From Lepidodermella squamata (taxonomy: Eukaryota; Animalia; Gastrotricha): 64,000 bases of DNA. The stretch spans positions 5,146,001 through 5,210,000 of the forward strand of contig JBLDXI010000009.1 of the NCBI GenBank assembly GCA_047495785.1. Reading direction: 5' to 3'. The notes beneath the pieces were generated by a model that saw nothing but the letters and a program-made list of their open reading frames with translations, was not told the DNA's origin and ran no database searches. Below, one piece after another: positions 23,741 to 36,336 of the stretch (position 1 is its first letter; every line of letters starts with the position of its first letter). The translations under genes were made by a program, and so were the position numbers.

Positions 23741-25194
23741 ATGCTGAGAAGCTCGGCCGTTGATGAAATTTCACCGGTCGAAATGCCTGAAGTCGCCGAG
23801 CAATATATTCATTTCGAGCAGGTAATACATTTTATTTCATAACTCATTTTCTGATCCTTTTTCTTGAAATTCGACTTCATTTTTAGAATAATAGAGCAAA
23901 AAGTCTGCTTGAAAATGAAACTAGACGAAAAATTGCTCGTAGCCTGGTTCGATTCGCCTCGTGTGTCTCTTCCATCTGCGAACGGCGACTAAAAATCCGA
24001 AATGCCGAGGTTCGAACTCTTCGCACAATCAGCCGGTTGCCTGGTTTATTTCTGCCCAAAATCGCCGGAGTCACATGCTCAACTACGAAAATTCGCGACA
24101 TTCCTGTTCGAATCTATCGGCCAGATGGTCAAAATTCGAGAAAAAACGCGAAAAACAAGTCGAATTCCGGCAAATATTCCATGCCAGACGGCGTGCCAAA
24201 ATCCTACGGTTGTGTCATTTATTTCCACGGAGGCGGGTTTTGCCTTTCATCAGCTCGTTCAATTCATAATTTCACCGCTAATTTATGCGCTCAAAGTCAG
24301 GTTATCGTCATTTCAGTCGACTATCGACTAGCCCCGGAAAATCCATTTCCAGCCGGTTTTGAGGATTGCTTGAAAGTTACTCGGGCCATTTTAGACCAAG
24401 TCCCAATTGATGTGTTGCCCGAGTACTACATCGATAGAAATCGAGTGATTCTAGCCGGTGATTGTTGCGGTGGGACTTATGCTATTAGTGTAGCGCTAGA
24501 ATTAGGCCGGAACCCTGCCTCGAAAAAACTCCACGGTCTAGTCGCAATCTGCCCAATTTTACAAGCAATTACCTTCAAGTACATGCCTTCGTACCAAAAA
24601 GTTGATCGAAAATCAATTTCTCGCCTCGATTTTCGGCCTGATTACGATTTGCCACGATTAGCCGGGTCGATACGGTTGGCTAAATTCATTCGAAATGATT
24701 TAATTTTGAAAAATGAGGATTATTCACGATTTTTGAGAATTATTTTCGGCGACGATTTTTCGGTTGAAGTCGATAAAATTATCAAGTCTTTCGACGAAAA
24801 ACTTGCGAATCTAGTGTCAAACTGTCGTTTTTGGCCTCTATTAGCTGATTACGACGAACTAGCCACATTGCCGAGTAGTTTCATGCTACAGGCCTGTGAC
24901 CACGACGCACTGCTGTCTGAGCAACACATTTTTGTCCAGAAGTTGCGTGAAAAAGTCAATAAACCTGTTGAATTTTGTTTACTCGAGTGCGCGGCACATT
25001 GTGAACCTGTTCGCTATTACAACGAGACGCAATCTGCTCGGCTTGGTTTCACTAAACTTGTGCAATTCCTGCGAGATGCAATGGCCCGACCGCCTAACAG
25101 CGACCCTGTGATATCTTCAATTGAAATTCATGTTTCGAGCGTCGAAGAAGTTCAAGCTGAGCTCGATGAAATTGCGCCGCGAGTTTTGGCTTGA
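23741..25194 (+). CDS. AADAC-like hydrolase, copy 3; Cys at the nucleophile position (GDCCG)
   Basis: Exons 23741-23821 and 23887-25194. Motifs: YFHGGGFC, VDYRLAPENPFPAGFEDC, GDCCGG (TGT at 24463-24465), RFWPLLAD, CDHDAL (Asp) and AAHCE (His). The catalytic domain has no introns. Confidence 0.9.
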
Positions 25195-26853
25195 ACAAAA
25201 TTCTTTTGATTTTTCCAACATTCTCATCTTTTAATCTGTGATACAAACATGGAAAAATTCTAATCTTTTTACTAATTTTTTTAATTTATTAATTTCTTGA
25301 AAATATTTTTTCCAATATTGAAAATCGGCTGGAAAATTATTTTATTAATTTTTTCCATAATGCCATAATTTTTTATTTTTTATTTTTGAAATTAATGAAT
25401 TTGCATAATTGAGGACTCAACTTTATTTTCAATTTTAATTTTAATTACTGAATTATTTTTTCTCTGATTCAATGAAACTCAGAAAACTCTTTTTGAGATC
25501 GCCCAATTTTTCCAGATTTTTCTGTCTAATTTCTGGCCGTATCCTTTCAATTAAAACGAAAGCGATGAAATGTTGATGATTTTGGTCATTTTTTTAGATG
25601 AAGATATTACGCGTAGATACTGCAGAGTATACGTGGAATGTTGCTAGTAATGAGACGTAATCGAAGCGTGATACCTTGCCGGCTGGCCGGGCGCATTGAC
25701 CCCAACCTGCTAGCCTGCATCTCATTAGCCTTTGACAGCCATGCAATCTACGTATGCATGAAACACATCACGCAGGTGCTTGATGCGCGTGCACCTGTTT
25801 GCTTCAAATTGCCGGCTAATGACGGTAATCATTGTTGCATGAAACACCGCCTACACAATGGCTTAATACTGTTTTTTCTCATTAACCCCCATCTTCAAAA
25901 GCCACCGCTATTTTTTACAAATGACAATAAGGCAAGTACGAGCTAACATCCATTATGGCATGTTTATTCCTCGTTTTCGTGGCTATTTTTGCTATTTATT
26001 ATTTCTACCACGTTTTCCTTATTTGTTGTTGCTGTTTTCGTGTCGAACATCGTAATCTGCTTTGCACCCAAGTGCGTGTAGAGTACTGACATTGCCCGGA
26101 CAGATTTTGGATATCTTAGTTGGACAAGATTTTGCTTTTTACGCGCGGACAATTTTGACTTATTTAATGGGACATGTTTCTATTCCGCTTCTTTTCTTAA
26201 TTTTGCAGGATAAAATTGACTTCGTAATTTGAGTCTCTCGCGGAACCAAATTATAAATGAAATCGAACGTACTTTTAATTTGATCTGATTTTTCGAAAAT
26301 TTGTGGGGTATTATTATCATTTGATTAAAATTACGACAAAAGCCTGCTCAACTTAGCTAATTGCTAAATCATCTTAATTTCAAGCTGAATCTCGAGTTGA
26401 TTTGGATTTTTTGAAATATTCGAACATTTTTGTTTGCGCCAAGCTTTGAATTTGATGAATTTGGCTCTGCAACAGGCTATTAGGATCTTTTAAAAGATGC
26501 TCACTTTTTAAATCCTGAAATAGCATTTCACATCGATTGAAGGATTGAAGGATTCCATAATGCATAATGAGAACTAAAAATTATTGAAAAAACCGATAAT
26601 TCCGTGATTATCGTTATAGGCCTCTTGTCTTTATTTCGTTTCATAAAATTGAGGAGAAACTTGCAATGTGTATAATTCCTTGCTAACCTGTAGAACTTGA
26701 TAGATATTCTGACCTTCTCCTTTCTGACCTTCTCCTTTTTCATTTGCGTTACCTATGAGACCCTGGATTTTTTCTTATTTTTCTATTTTGTTTCATAGGC
26801 TTGCGAGGCAATTTAATTAAATTGAATTTTTCTCCTTTCGAACACCGAAAATC

Positions 26854-29486
26854 ATGACGAACGAATCGACTGGAGACGATAAGCAGCCGCTGGAACCGAG
26901 CGCATCGCCCGAACCCGCGCTGACAACCGCCACCGTCCAGCACCACGAATCGACCACGGACGAAACCGCACCGATTGTCGTGACGATCAGCAGCAACCAG
27001 AACCTAACGGCGCCGGGCCACGAGAAAACGTGCCTGAAATCGCCGACGAAATCCGAACGCTCGCTCGTCCCAGTGCCGACGAACACGACCCAAAAAGCGG
27101 CGATTGTCCCGCCGGCGTCGAAGAAACAGCACCTGGAGCAGCGACTGAGGCGCCACGTGATGTGGGGCGCCATGAATCTAGCCGTGGTCTGCGGGCGCGT
27201 TCTGGCGAAACTCGGCGCGAAAAACGCGGCTCATCTCGCGCTGAGGAAGACGGCCCGGCTAGGCGGGGGCGTTAAGCGCGCCGTTCTACCCGGAATCGCG
27301 CATTCAAAGGTCAGGATTGCCGGCGTGAAGTGCCGCGTCTACTCGCCGGTTGAGGAGAATTCGACCCCGAAGCCCGTGCTGATCTACCTGCACGGCGGCG
27401 GCTGGGTGATTTGCTCGGCGCGGTCTTACCACCCGTTTGCGCTGGGCCTGGCCAGGGACACGGGGGCTATCGTCGTCACGGTCGACTACCGCCTCGCGCC
27501 GGAGAACCCGTACCCGGCCGGCCTGGAGGATTGCCTGGCTGTGACCAAGTCGCTGCTAGAAAACGAAAACGAAGCCCTGCCCGAGGAGTTGAAGGGCAAA
27601 ATCGACCCGGCTCGCGTGGTGCTCGGCGGCGATTCTGCCGGGGGTAACCTGGCCGCCTGCGTCGCGCTCGACCTCATCCGGGCCGGGGATGAGCGCCTGC
27701 ATGCGATAATGCTGGTCTGCCCGGTCCTGCAGGCCATTACTCAGGAGTTCGAGTCATTTCGCAAATTTGGCAAGCACTCAAATGTTGGCATCAGTTGGTT
27801 CCTATCGCAGTACGCGGGTGTTGTGGCGCCGCGGCGGAAGCTGTTACGCTTGATTGACCAGGGCCGGCATATTTCGGATGAAACGAGCCAGAAATTGCGG
27901 GTCAAGTACCTGGCGGTTGCTGACGCGGCGGCGAATCCTGGGCAGAGTCTGGCGCCGGATTCCGGGTGCCAAACCGCCAGTTCTTCGCTGCCGAGCCCGA
28001 ATTCGAACAACCCGGTTGTAGTCGCCGAGGTTGTAAAATCGGCCGCCAGCCCACTGCCAGGTACTGACAACCCGGCGCTGGAGGACGAGAAGGCGGCTAA
28101 GGTGAATGAGGGCGGGCCGTTGGTCGTTACGGCCACGCCAGGTGTTACGGAGGAGACTGGGCACGGCAGTAACGTGGAGACGGAGCAGTTGATTGAAAAG
28201 GGCAGCGATGTGCCGGAGGCGTTGACTGAACTCGCGACAACGGTCCGCGCCTGGCCTCTACTTGCCGAGGATTCGGAACTTGCCAAGGTAAGAAAATATA
28301 TTCATTCAAATGAATTAATTTGACTAAACCAGACCGAGTTTTGGGGTCAAAGTCCGGTTTAAGCAGAGAAAGAAGCCGAGCTTACAGAGGATTTGGCAAT
28401 AGATACCTCAACAATTTTCACATTTTAAATAGGCCAATCATCCTGGATACAGCGTGTCCCAAAAAGCAAGCAAAGAAAATTCACGAAAAGGGATCAAACA
28501 TTTTAAAATGAGATATCTCATTCAATGTGCCAATGTTCAATAAGTCAATGTGCCATTAAGAATATTAATTTACAATGTCACTCACAATGGGATTCAAAAA
28601 AATCCGGAGAAATTTGGCCCAACCAGGTATAATACCGAACCTGTTACCATCGGGGTTTTCCGGGTTTTCTTCGGTAAATTCGTGGATGAAGGATGGAATA
28701 TTCTCACGGTAGGCTTTAATTAAAAAATTCGTACACAAATTTGCAAAATTGAGAAGTAGTACTGCGCAACTTTAGGGACACGCTGTATATATTTATATAA
28801 TTTATGTGGAAATGTATGAATTAATTTTACACGAAAATGACTTTCGCTCAAAATTGTCATGAATGGTTTGAGGTAAAATTGATTGAATTTTGAAATGAAA
28901 TTTTTGCTATTGTCTTTCATTTTAGATTCCACAATTACCTCTTTCATTAACCAAATCAATAAAAATGTTTAGGAGAATATGCAACTTGAATTAACATTTT
29001 GGAAATTTAATTTTCTCATCTTAGTAAGAATATTAGAATTTTGATAAAGTTTTTTGGTTTTTAACCCATTTTCCAAATTATATTGAGGACTTATACGCTC
29101 AACTAATTCTTTCTGTGTGATTAATAAACTAACAGATGCCGATAACTATGGTGCAAGTATGCGCTGAAGATCCCCTACTCGAGGAGGGCCGCATTTTCGC
29201 CGAGCGGCTGAAATCAGCCGGCGCCCGCGATGTCCGCTACTTCTTCCTGCCCCGCGCGCAACACGCCGAGGCAGTTCTACGAAACATGCTGCACTCGAAG
29301 GCGGCGAAGCGCGGCTATGCCGAAATCGTGTCGTTTTTCAAGGACGTGACCGGCCTGGACGCCGAGCACAAGGAACCGACCGGGCACCTGGACGTCGAAC
29401 CAACCACGCCGGCGCCTCTCCAGCCGATCATCGAAGCCATCGATTCGACTAGTCTGGCCAATCAAGCGGAACCGATTACAGCCTAG
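26854..29486 (+). CDS. AADAC-like hydrolase, copy 4 (intact triad)
   Basis: Exons 26854-28287 and 29136-29486. Motifs: HGGGWV, DYRLAPENPYP, GDSAGG, RAWPLLAED, CAEDPL and AQHAE. A low-complexity insertion of about 100 aa precedes AWPLLA. Confidence 0.92.
28450..28785. mobile_element. Tc1/mariner-type MITE in the intron of hydrolase copy 4
   Basis: TA|CAGCGTGTCCC ... GGGACACGCTG|TA: an 11-bp perfect TIR with a TA duplication and a non-coding interior. Confidence 0.7.
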
Positions 29487-30968
29487 GAAACTAGATAAAA
29501 ATTCGGACAAAATCGCACTTTTTTGTCATTTTTTGTTAGTCTATATATTGTGTTTTTTAGTCAATCAAATTTTATGAAAATTCAGCTCAAAAAATTGAGT
29601 CATTCCGTGGTACAAAAAACAAAGCAATAACCAGTCACGATTTTGCAACACAATTTTCGCTTCAATTGATGTTTTTTTGATACTCTTCGCCTGTTTTCGA
29701 TTTTACTTCTATTTATTATTAATGCCTTAAGTTGGGTTGTTAACTATCCTGATATTGACGTGTCACTTTGAAATCTCATTCTCGTGGTGTTTTTTTCGAA
29801 TTTTGTGTGTAGTCTATGCAAAACAATTGCCGTCTCTCTATCTTCAATTCTTATTGTTGCTAATACATGTGTATACAATTTAAGTTGGATTCTTCTGTCT
29901 CGGGGACTGCCCTCACGATTCTTCCCCGTCTTGTTGTTGCTGTTTTTTTCATTTTCGCAAAAAAACCAAAATCGAGTCAAGTTTTTACGTAATAAAACAA
30001 ATACACCCAAAAAATTGGTCTGTTTTATTTGATAATATATTTTATTATTTTTTGAAGTTGGCCGGTGGAAGCTGAAATCAGGTAAAAAAAAATGGCACGG
30101 TTAAAAGGCTTGAAATGAGTGGAATAATGTAGCTTTAATTGGCGTGATATTGGAATTTTTAATTAACCTGCTGAATGATAGAGCTAGTAGTACAAACAAT
30201 TAGCAGTAGACTTTCCTGCTCTGTGGTGGCTGACAATTTTTTGCCCTGCTATGTAGCATGCTTTTTCCATAGTCCATGGCAGGAGCCAATTCGCATTCCT
30301 GAGCTTTTCGGCAGAATTTTTCAATATTTTTCACGCTATATTTTTCGTTTTTATTAGGATCGAGGTGTCTTCAAAACTGGAGCTGCTCGAAGCTAGTTCT
30401 CCTAACAAAATGAGTTTTCGGGTTTGTCCGAGCTCAAAACCAAATTTTTCAGAAAATCATATTTTAGTCCTTCGTTTCTGAATCTGGATTTTTTACATGC
30501 GGTCACAAATTTTTTTCAATTGTTGAGAAACACATTTTTTATCTCAGAATTGTCGATTTTTTGCGCCACGTGGCGATTATTCAAAGTGAACACCAACTCG
30601 CTATAATGGGGAAAATTTTCATCCCCGGAATGTTTCTCGAAATATCTCGCGGTTTCGATTTTTTTCAATTTCGACCGGTTTTAAACAGCAATTTTTCGCG
30701 TGTGTGCGTTTGCTCAAGCGTGGCGATCACGCCACTTAGGCGCATGTCAGCTTATACATAGCCACACTCGTAGTATTTAGTTGTCTTGTTGCCGCGCGGT
30801 CCTTATCAGTCTGTGCTGAGGCTGGACTTTGCTCACGATAACAACAGCTGTTCAAACATTACTTCACGCTTCATTGAGCAAAAAATCATATTTTCACGTT
30901 GTTCCTCCCACCGCATCTAGGACATTTGTTTTATTACCTCAAAGTCTGTGATAGTACAAATTAAAAGA

Positions 30969-33458
30969 ATGGCAACTACTGCGAACGATGATGACGGCGA
31001 AATTAAGCCGGTTTGCAATGGCAATGGCCATCACCATCATTACCCAGCCGAGCAATCAGCCGACGGTGATTCCGGCGATGAAGACGACCGAATTCGAGCC
31101 GATGCCGAGATAGGCGCTATGTTTGTTATGGACCTGAAAGAAACAGCCGGTGCTGGGTCAGATTCCGAATCAGAACCCGATGACCACGAGGATGAATTGA
31201 CGAAATTAGCCGCTGGGGGAGATGTTCACATCACGCATAAACACCACAAAAAGCATGTCGAGAGGCGAGTACATCGCAGCATAATTTGGGGCTCGATCGC
31301 GTGGTTTCTTGCCGGTGGCCGGTTTTTGTCCAAAATCGGAGTAAAAGGTGCGAAAAACATATTTCAAATTTTGTTATAACTAAAAAAATTGACCAAAAAT
31401 TCTCAAAATTTTCTAAAATAATATGTCGAAATTTCCCTCAAAAAATTCAAAATTTTGTTTCAATTCGAAATTTTTTAAATTTAAATGTTTAATTTTAGGT
31501 GCTCAAATTGGTGCTCTTCGACGCGTTTGCGCAATCAGTGGCGGTTTGCGGCGACCCGAACTTCCCGAGGTGAAATTTTTCAAGGCCCGAATCGCCGGCG
31601 TGAAGTGTCGAATTTTCCGCCCAGCTGACCAGCAACCGGGCACAAAACTACCCGTTGTCATTTATATCCACGGCGGCGGTTGGATAATGTGTACAGCGCG
31701 GACTTACCACGCATTCACGCTTGAATTTTGCCGCGATTTAAAATGCGTCGTTGTTTCGATTGATTACCGATTGGCACCCGAACACCCGTTTCCGAACGGG
31801 TTGGACGACTGTTTAGGCGTGACTCGAGCGATTTTAAGTGCGGATGATAATCCTCATGAGGTCGGACCCGAACTGGCAGGATGGATCGATGTTAAAAAAG
31901 TCATAATCGGAGGCGATTCAGGTAAAAAAAACCCGCAATTTTTCTGCAAATTTTCGAAAAATTAATTTCAATTCAATATTTTCACTTCGAAAATGTCTTC
32001 AAATTTCAAAAATTCGAATTTCAACATTTCTAAATTTAAATTTTTCGTTTTTTTTTCATTTTTCTAAATTTTTTAATTTGTTATAGCCGGTGGAAATTTG
32101 TCTTGCGCAACGGCGCTTGACCTGATTCGCTCGAATGACCTGAGCAATAAGCTCTACGCACTAGTCATGATTTGCCCATCAGTTCAAGCCGTTTCAACGC
32201 GTTTCCAGTCATTTCAAACGTACGGCCGGCATTCAACCGCCAGATCCGGCTGGTTCTTGTCGCTGTACGCCGGGCACAACGACCCAAAAGCTAGGATTGT
32301 CAGCGCGTGTAAACACGGCAAACACGTGCCGGACGATTTTTTGCGGCGATTTAACGAAAAATATGTCGATAATTGGCTGACGAGCGAGGTCGAAAATCCG
32401 TCCGAGCCGCTGGTACCACCGAATGATTTTTCGAACTTGGTGATACCGGCCCATTTTGTTCCTGAGGCAATCACAAAACTGGCGCTATCAGCTCGAGCGT
32501 GGCCAATGTTAGCCAGCGACGAAGACCTGGTCAAGGTAAATAAGCTATAAATTTGGATTTCAATACTCAAAGTCGAAAAAAACTCCCCCTTAGAGCGTAA
32601 TAATTATCGATTACTTTAATCGATACACTTGATTTTCAAAAATCGAAAATAATATCACGATAAAATGCATTCATTAATCGGGTCCTAACAGAAATCTATC
32701 AAGAATTATATTTCACGCCTGAAATGGCCAGAATTATCGAATCGATAGATATTTTTTTTTTCATTATTTTAAGATTTTTTCATTTTACACAGCGCAAATC
32801 GCTCTTTTTTAGATTGCCTCAATCCGAAGGGCTGATTCAGGTTTGAGGGCTCATTTTTGTCTGATAAGGGTCTGTGTCATCGTTAGGCAATATCCGACCC
32901 CCTGCCATAGCACATAGCAATATGCGCAATATGCGCTCATTATCATACTATGAATCATTCTGATGATGAACTCCTTCCTATTATAAGTAGTAGAAGGGCG
33001 TTATCAAGAATAAATTTGAAAATTGAAAATTGAAATAGAGCAAAAATTAGAAAAATTTGATTAAAAATTCTAAATATCGAATAATTTTAAATTTCAAAAA
33101 TAGTAAAAATTTTCCCAATTTTTTCAAATTTTTGTAATTTCTGTCATAATTTTTTCAATAGCTACCACCGACCTTTGTTCAAGCGTGCTCTGACGATACG
33201 CTGAAAGATGAAGATGCAGTTTTTGCCGAGCGATTACGGCGCATCGGCGCCAATGTGCGCTACGCCTACGTGCCGCGGTCGCAGCACTGCGAGCCCGTCT
33301 TCCACAATACGATCCCGACGAAAGCAGCCCGGCTCGGCTACAGTCAAATATGTGCATTCATCCGTGACGTGTTGACACGGCCGATGAGCAAAAAACCGAG
33401 TAAAGCCGATTTATTGGCTAGGCAAACGCCTATTGTAACTACACCGTCTTCGAATTAG
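30969..33458 (+). CDS. AADAC-like hydrolase, copy 5 (intact triad)
   Basis: Exons 30969-31347, 31499-31921, 32087-32535 and 33162-33458. Motifs: [20 protein letters not shown]|AGG split by a phase-1 intron, RAWPMLASD, CSDDTL and SQHCE. The N-terminus is acidic and His-rich. Confidence 0.92.
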
Positions 33459-35043
33459 ATTGAAAATTTGAGAAAAAACAAGTATATTATACCCGGTTTT
33501 AATGAAATCGTTCATATGAAGACAAGCTTATTGATTGAATAAAAAGCGTCTTTGAACTGTTATATCAGAGCAAATTGTTGAATTTCATCGTGACGATTAG
33601 AAATTTCAAAGCTTCAGAGAGTATTTTACCGCCGTATATTAGAACGTCAAAGTAAATTGGCCTGTGTTTACCTGTAATAATGTTTAGTCTCTACCAATTG
33701 TGTTGATCTCGTCTTTCTCTCGCCGCGTGAACAATTTTCGACCATAATAAAACCAGTGTCATGAATCATAATTGAACATTTCTTTTCAATGCTCTATATT
33801 CTGTGAGATTTCGTCAAATTCTACACATTTATAGGATTGATACCTAACGGTATTCTCAACGGGTAGAAATATCAGTAATGATTCAAAGTACTAGCCGATA
33901 TTGTCATAAACTCATTCCATGTGCATGCGTAACACGCGCCTATGAAGCAAAGGTTCAGCATTGAATCCTCCAGCAGCGAGTCGGTGGGTTTGCATTGTTT
34001 TATAGGCGGAATTTTTTAAAATTCCAGAAATTCGGGACAAGTATCGAAGGTTAGCTGCTCTTGCTGTGAAGAATCTAATTTCCTGAAAAAGTCGTTCAAG
34101 TCAACTTTTTCGAAGCAGTTGTCATGGTTTATATCCGAATGGGAAATGTTTTTTGCAAGTTTTCGATCAGTTCCTTCCTTGTTAAAATAAAAAAAAATAT
34201 TGCCATGTTCCTCTGGAGGAGATCTACCGAATGATAATTGGTTCTTCGTAATCTGATCATTTATTAGAATTCGATGGGTGAAATCTTGAAATATCGGCGG
34301 TATAAGTAATCGCAGGCCTAATAGTCTTTAACATAGGCGATTATACGCCTGCTCGTCTGCGATTATACGACCTGCAGGTCCTGTCCAGCAGTGTTGGCAG
34401 CCAATCGAGCTAGAACTATACGGCATCAAAGACAAGCATAGTATAAAAGGGCGTGGGCGGATAATTCAGTAGAGATCGCCCACTCGCGTGAAAAAGAGTG
34501 TACGCCATGGGCGCCAGATGGTCAGATGATTCATCAACGGCTTGGAGGCAAAGTAAACAAATAATATTCGATTCTTTTATTGTTGGTTCCGATCACAGTT
34601 TAACAACTTTCCAATATCTGTTGATGGCTCCCGATAGGTGACATCCCAACAAGGATTTTCAGTTCTCAAAAAATGTCATCGGTGAAAAAATGTCGAAATC
34701 TTTAGGTCTCATGAAATCAAAAGCATGATGGAGGTTTGGAGTTGCAAGACACTTATCGAGAAAAAAATTAATTTTTCAGCAGAGACAACATGGCATATAA
34801 GGTCAAGGTTGGGCATTGATTATAACATAATTGGCCCCAACACCAAAATAGTATCAGAGTCAACATTGCCTATTAGGTGAGCTCACGCAGCCGCGATGCC
34901 ATTGATGCCGTTGACAGATGAACAAAATAAGCAGAAGAATAATAAGCATTTATATAAAATTTCATCCTAATGTTCAGCTTTTCGCCTTACTCAATGCAAT
35001 CATCTTCTTCCCTTTATTGTAATAATCAACTTCCGTCATCGCA

Positions 35044-35399
35044 ATGGCGGTCAAAATGCTGCTGGTTTTCGCCCTGGCCGTTGGTCGCACCAGTGCTACG
35101 GCGGCTACTAAGTTATTCGAGATTATAATCTGTAAAACTAAGGTTACATTTCGGCATTTCAACTAGCTCTATCCTTGTTCACGCAGCAAAAGCTGAACTG
35201 CAAAGGTCAGCAAGAGCCGACGAATATTGTCCGCAATCTGCGTCTGGCGGGCTGCGCAGATGAATGCTACAAATGGCCCAGTTGTAACGCTTTCATCTTC
35301 GATAGTGCTACGCGGCAATGTCAATTTCTGCCTGACTGCGAGAAAAGTGGATTGATCACAGTGAGCCAGGTTCACTACACCAGAAATATCAGCCAGTAA
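35044..35399 (+). CDS. Small secreted single PAN/apple-domain protein, copy 1 (homologous donor reads CT; possible pseudogene)
   Basis: Signal peptide MAVKMLLVFALAVG. Exon 2 (35167-35399) encodes a 6-Cys PAN pattern: C-x14-CADEC-x4-CNAFIF-x6-C-x4-C-x9-VHYT. The expected donor at 35108 is CTAAGT; using it gives a 59-nt intron, the same length as in the paralog. Confidence 0.7.
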
Positions 35400-36001
35400 A
35401 CGGCCAAATAACAGCCACTATGCTCTGCATAATATGAGCAACTATTTTTCAAGGAATCCTCATGACTAGAATGCACTCTCTTAGGTAAAAGTTGTTCTTG
35501 AAAGTTGGGAAGATTTGCCATTTCGAATCATTATTCTTCCTTCGAATGATCATTATTTTTTTCTGAAAACGCTCTAACTGGCTTCTCCGCACGTCGATCG
35601 TCGATCACAGCACATGTCCCCAATATATCACCTACATTAAGTGCTCTAGTTAGGTCTAATAAAACACGTGCCAGTCATTATTAAGTACGGATGGTCATCC
35701 GTACTTAGCTTTTCACATTTCCATAAATTATAACAGTAAAACAAATTTAGCAAGGAAAGGGGACATTGTTTTTTGTCCTCAGTTCAAAGTTCGGTGGTGA
35801 TTAACAAAATGGGACAGCCATCTCAAAATAGCACCTAGGCATATCATTGAGCCGACACGCCACTGACAGATGAACAAACCAAGGCGGAGAAGGGAAGCAT
35901 TCAATAGCGATGAATAACATTTCTCACACATTTACAGTTTTTCGCGCCCTGAACACAACAGTCTTATTCTCTTTTTTTTACCGAAACCAAATTATTGCTT
36001 C

Positions 36002-36336
36002 ATGGCCGTCAAAATGCTGTTGGTTCTCGCCCTGATCGTCGGGCTCGCCCAGGCTCAGAGTATGTTTCGCAATTGGTTGCTATCAAATTGGGTAATTATA
36101 CGGTTGATTTATCAACAGATATCCTCAAGTTCACCCAGCAAACGCTGAGCTGCGGAACACCCTTAACGGTTAATACGGTAAGCACGCTGGAGGGATGTGC
36201 CACTAGTTGCACTAACAACCGCTTCAAGTGCAAGGCATTCAGCTTCGACGCCAAGGCTTCCGGTTGCGGGTTCTTGATGACCTGCGCCAAGAACGGCGCC
36301 ATACCTGCAGGCCAGGTCCATTACACCCTGAACTAG
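36002..36336 (+). CDS. Small secreted single PAN/apple-domain protein, copy 2 (91 aa)
   Basis: Exons 36002-36059 and 36119-36336 with a 59-nt GT-AG intron. Protein: MAVKMLLVLALIVGLAQAQNILKFTQQTLSCGTPLTVNTVSTLEGCATSCTNNRFKCKAFSFDAKASGCGFLMTCAKNGAIPAGQVHYTLN. It has the PAN consensus CxxxC...CxxFxF...C. Confidence 0.85.
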
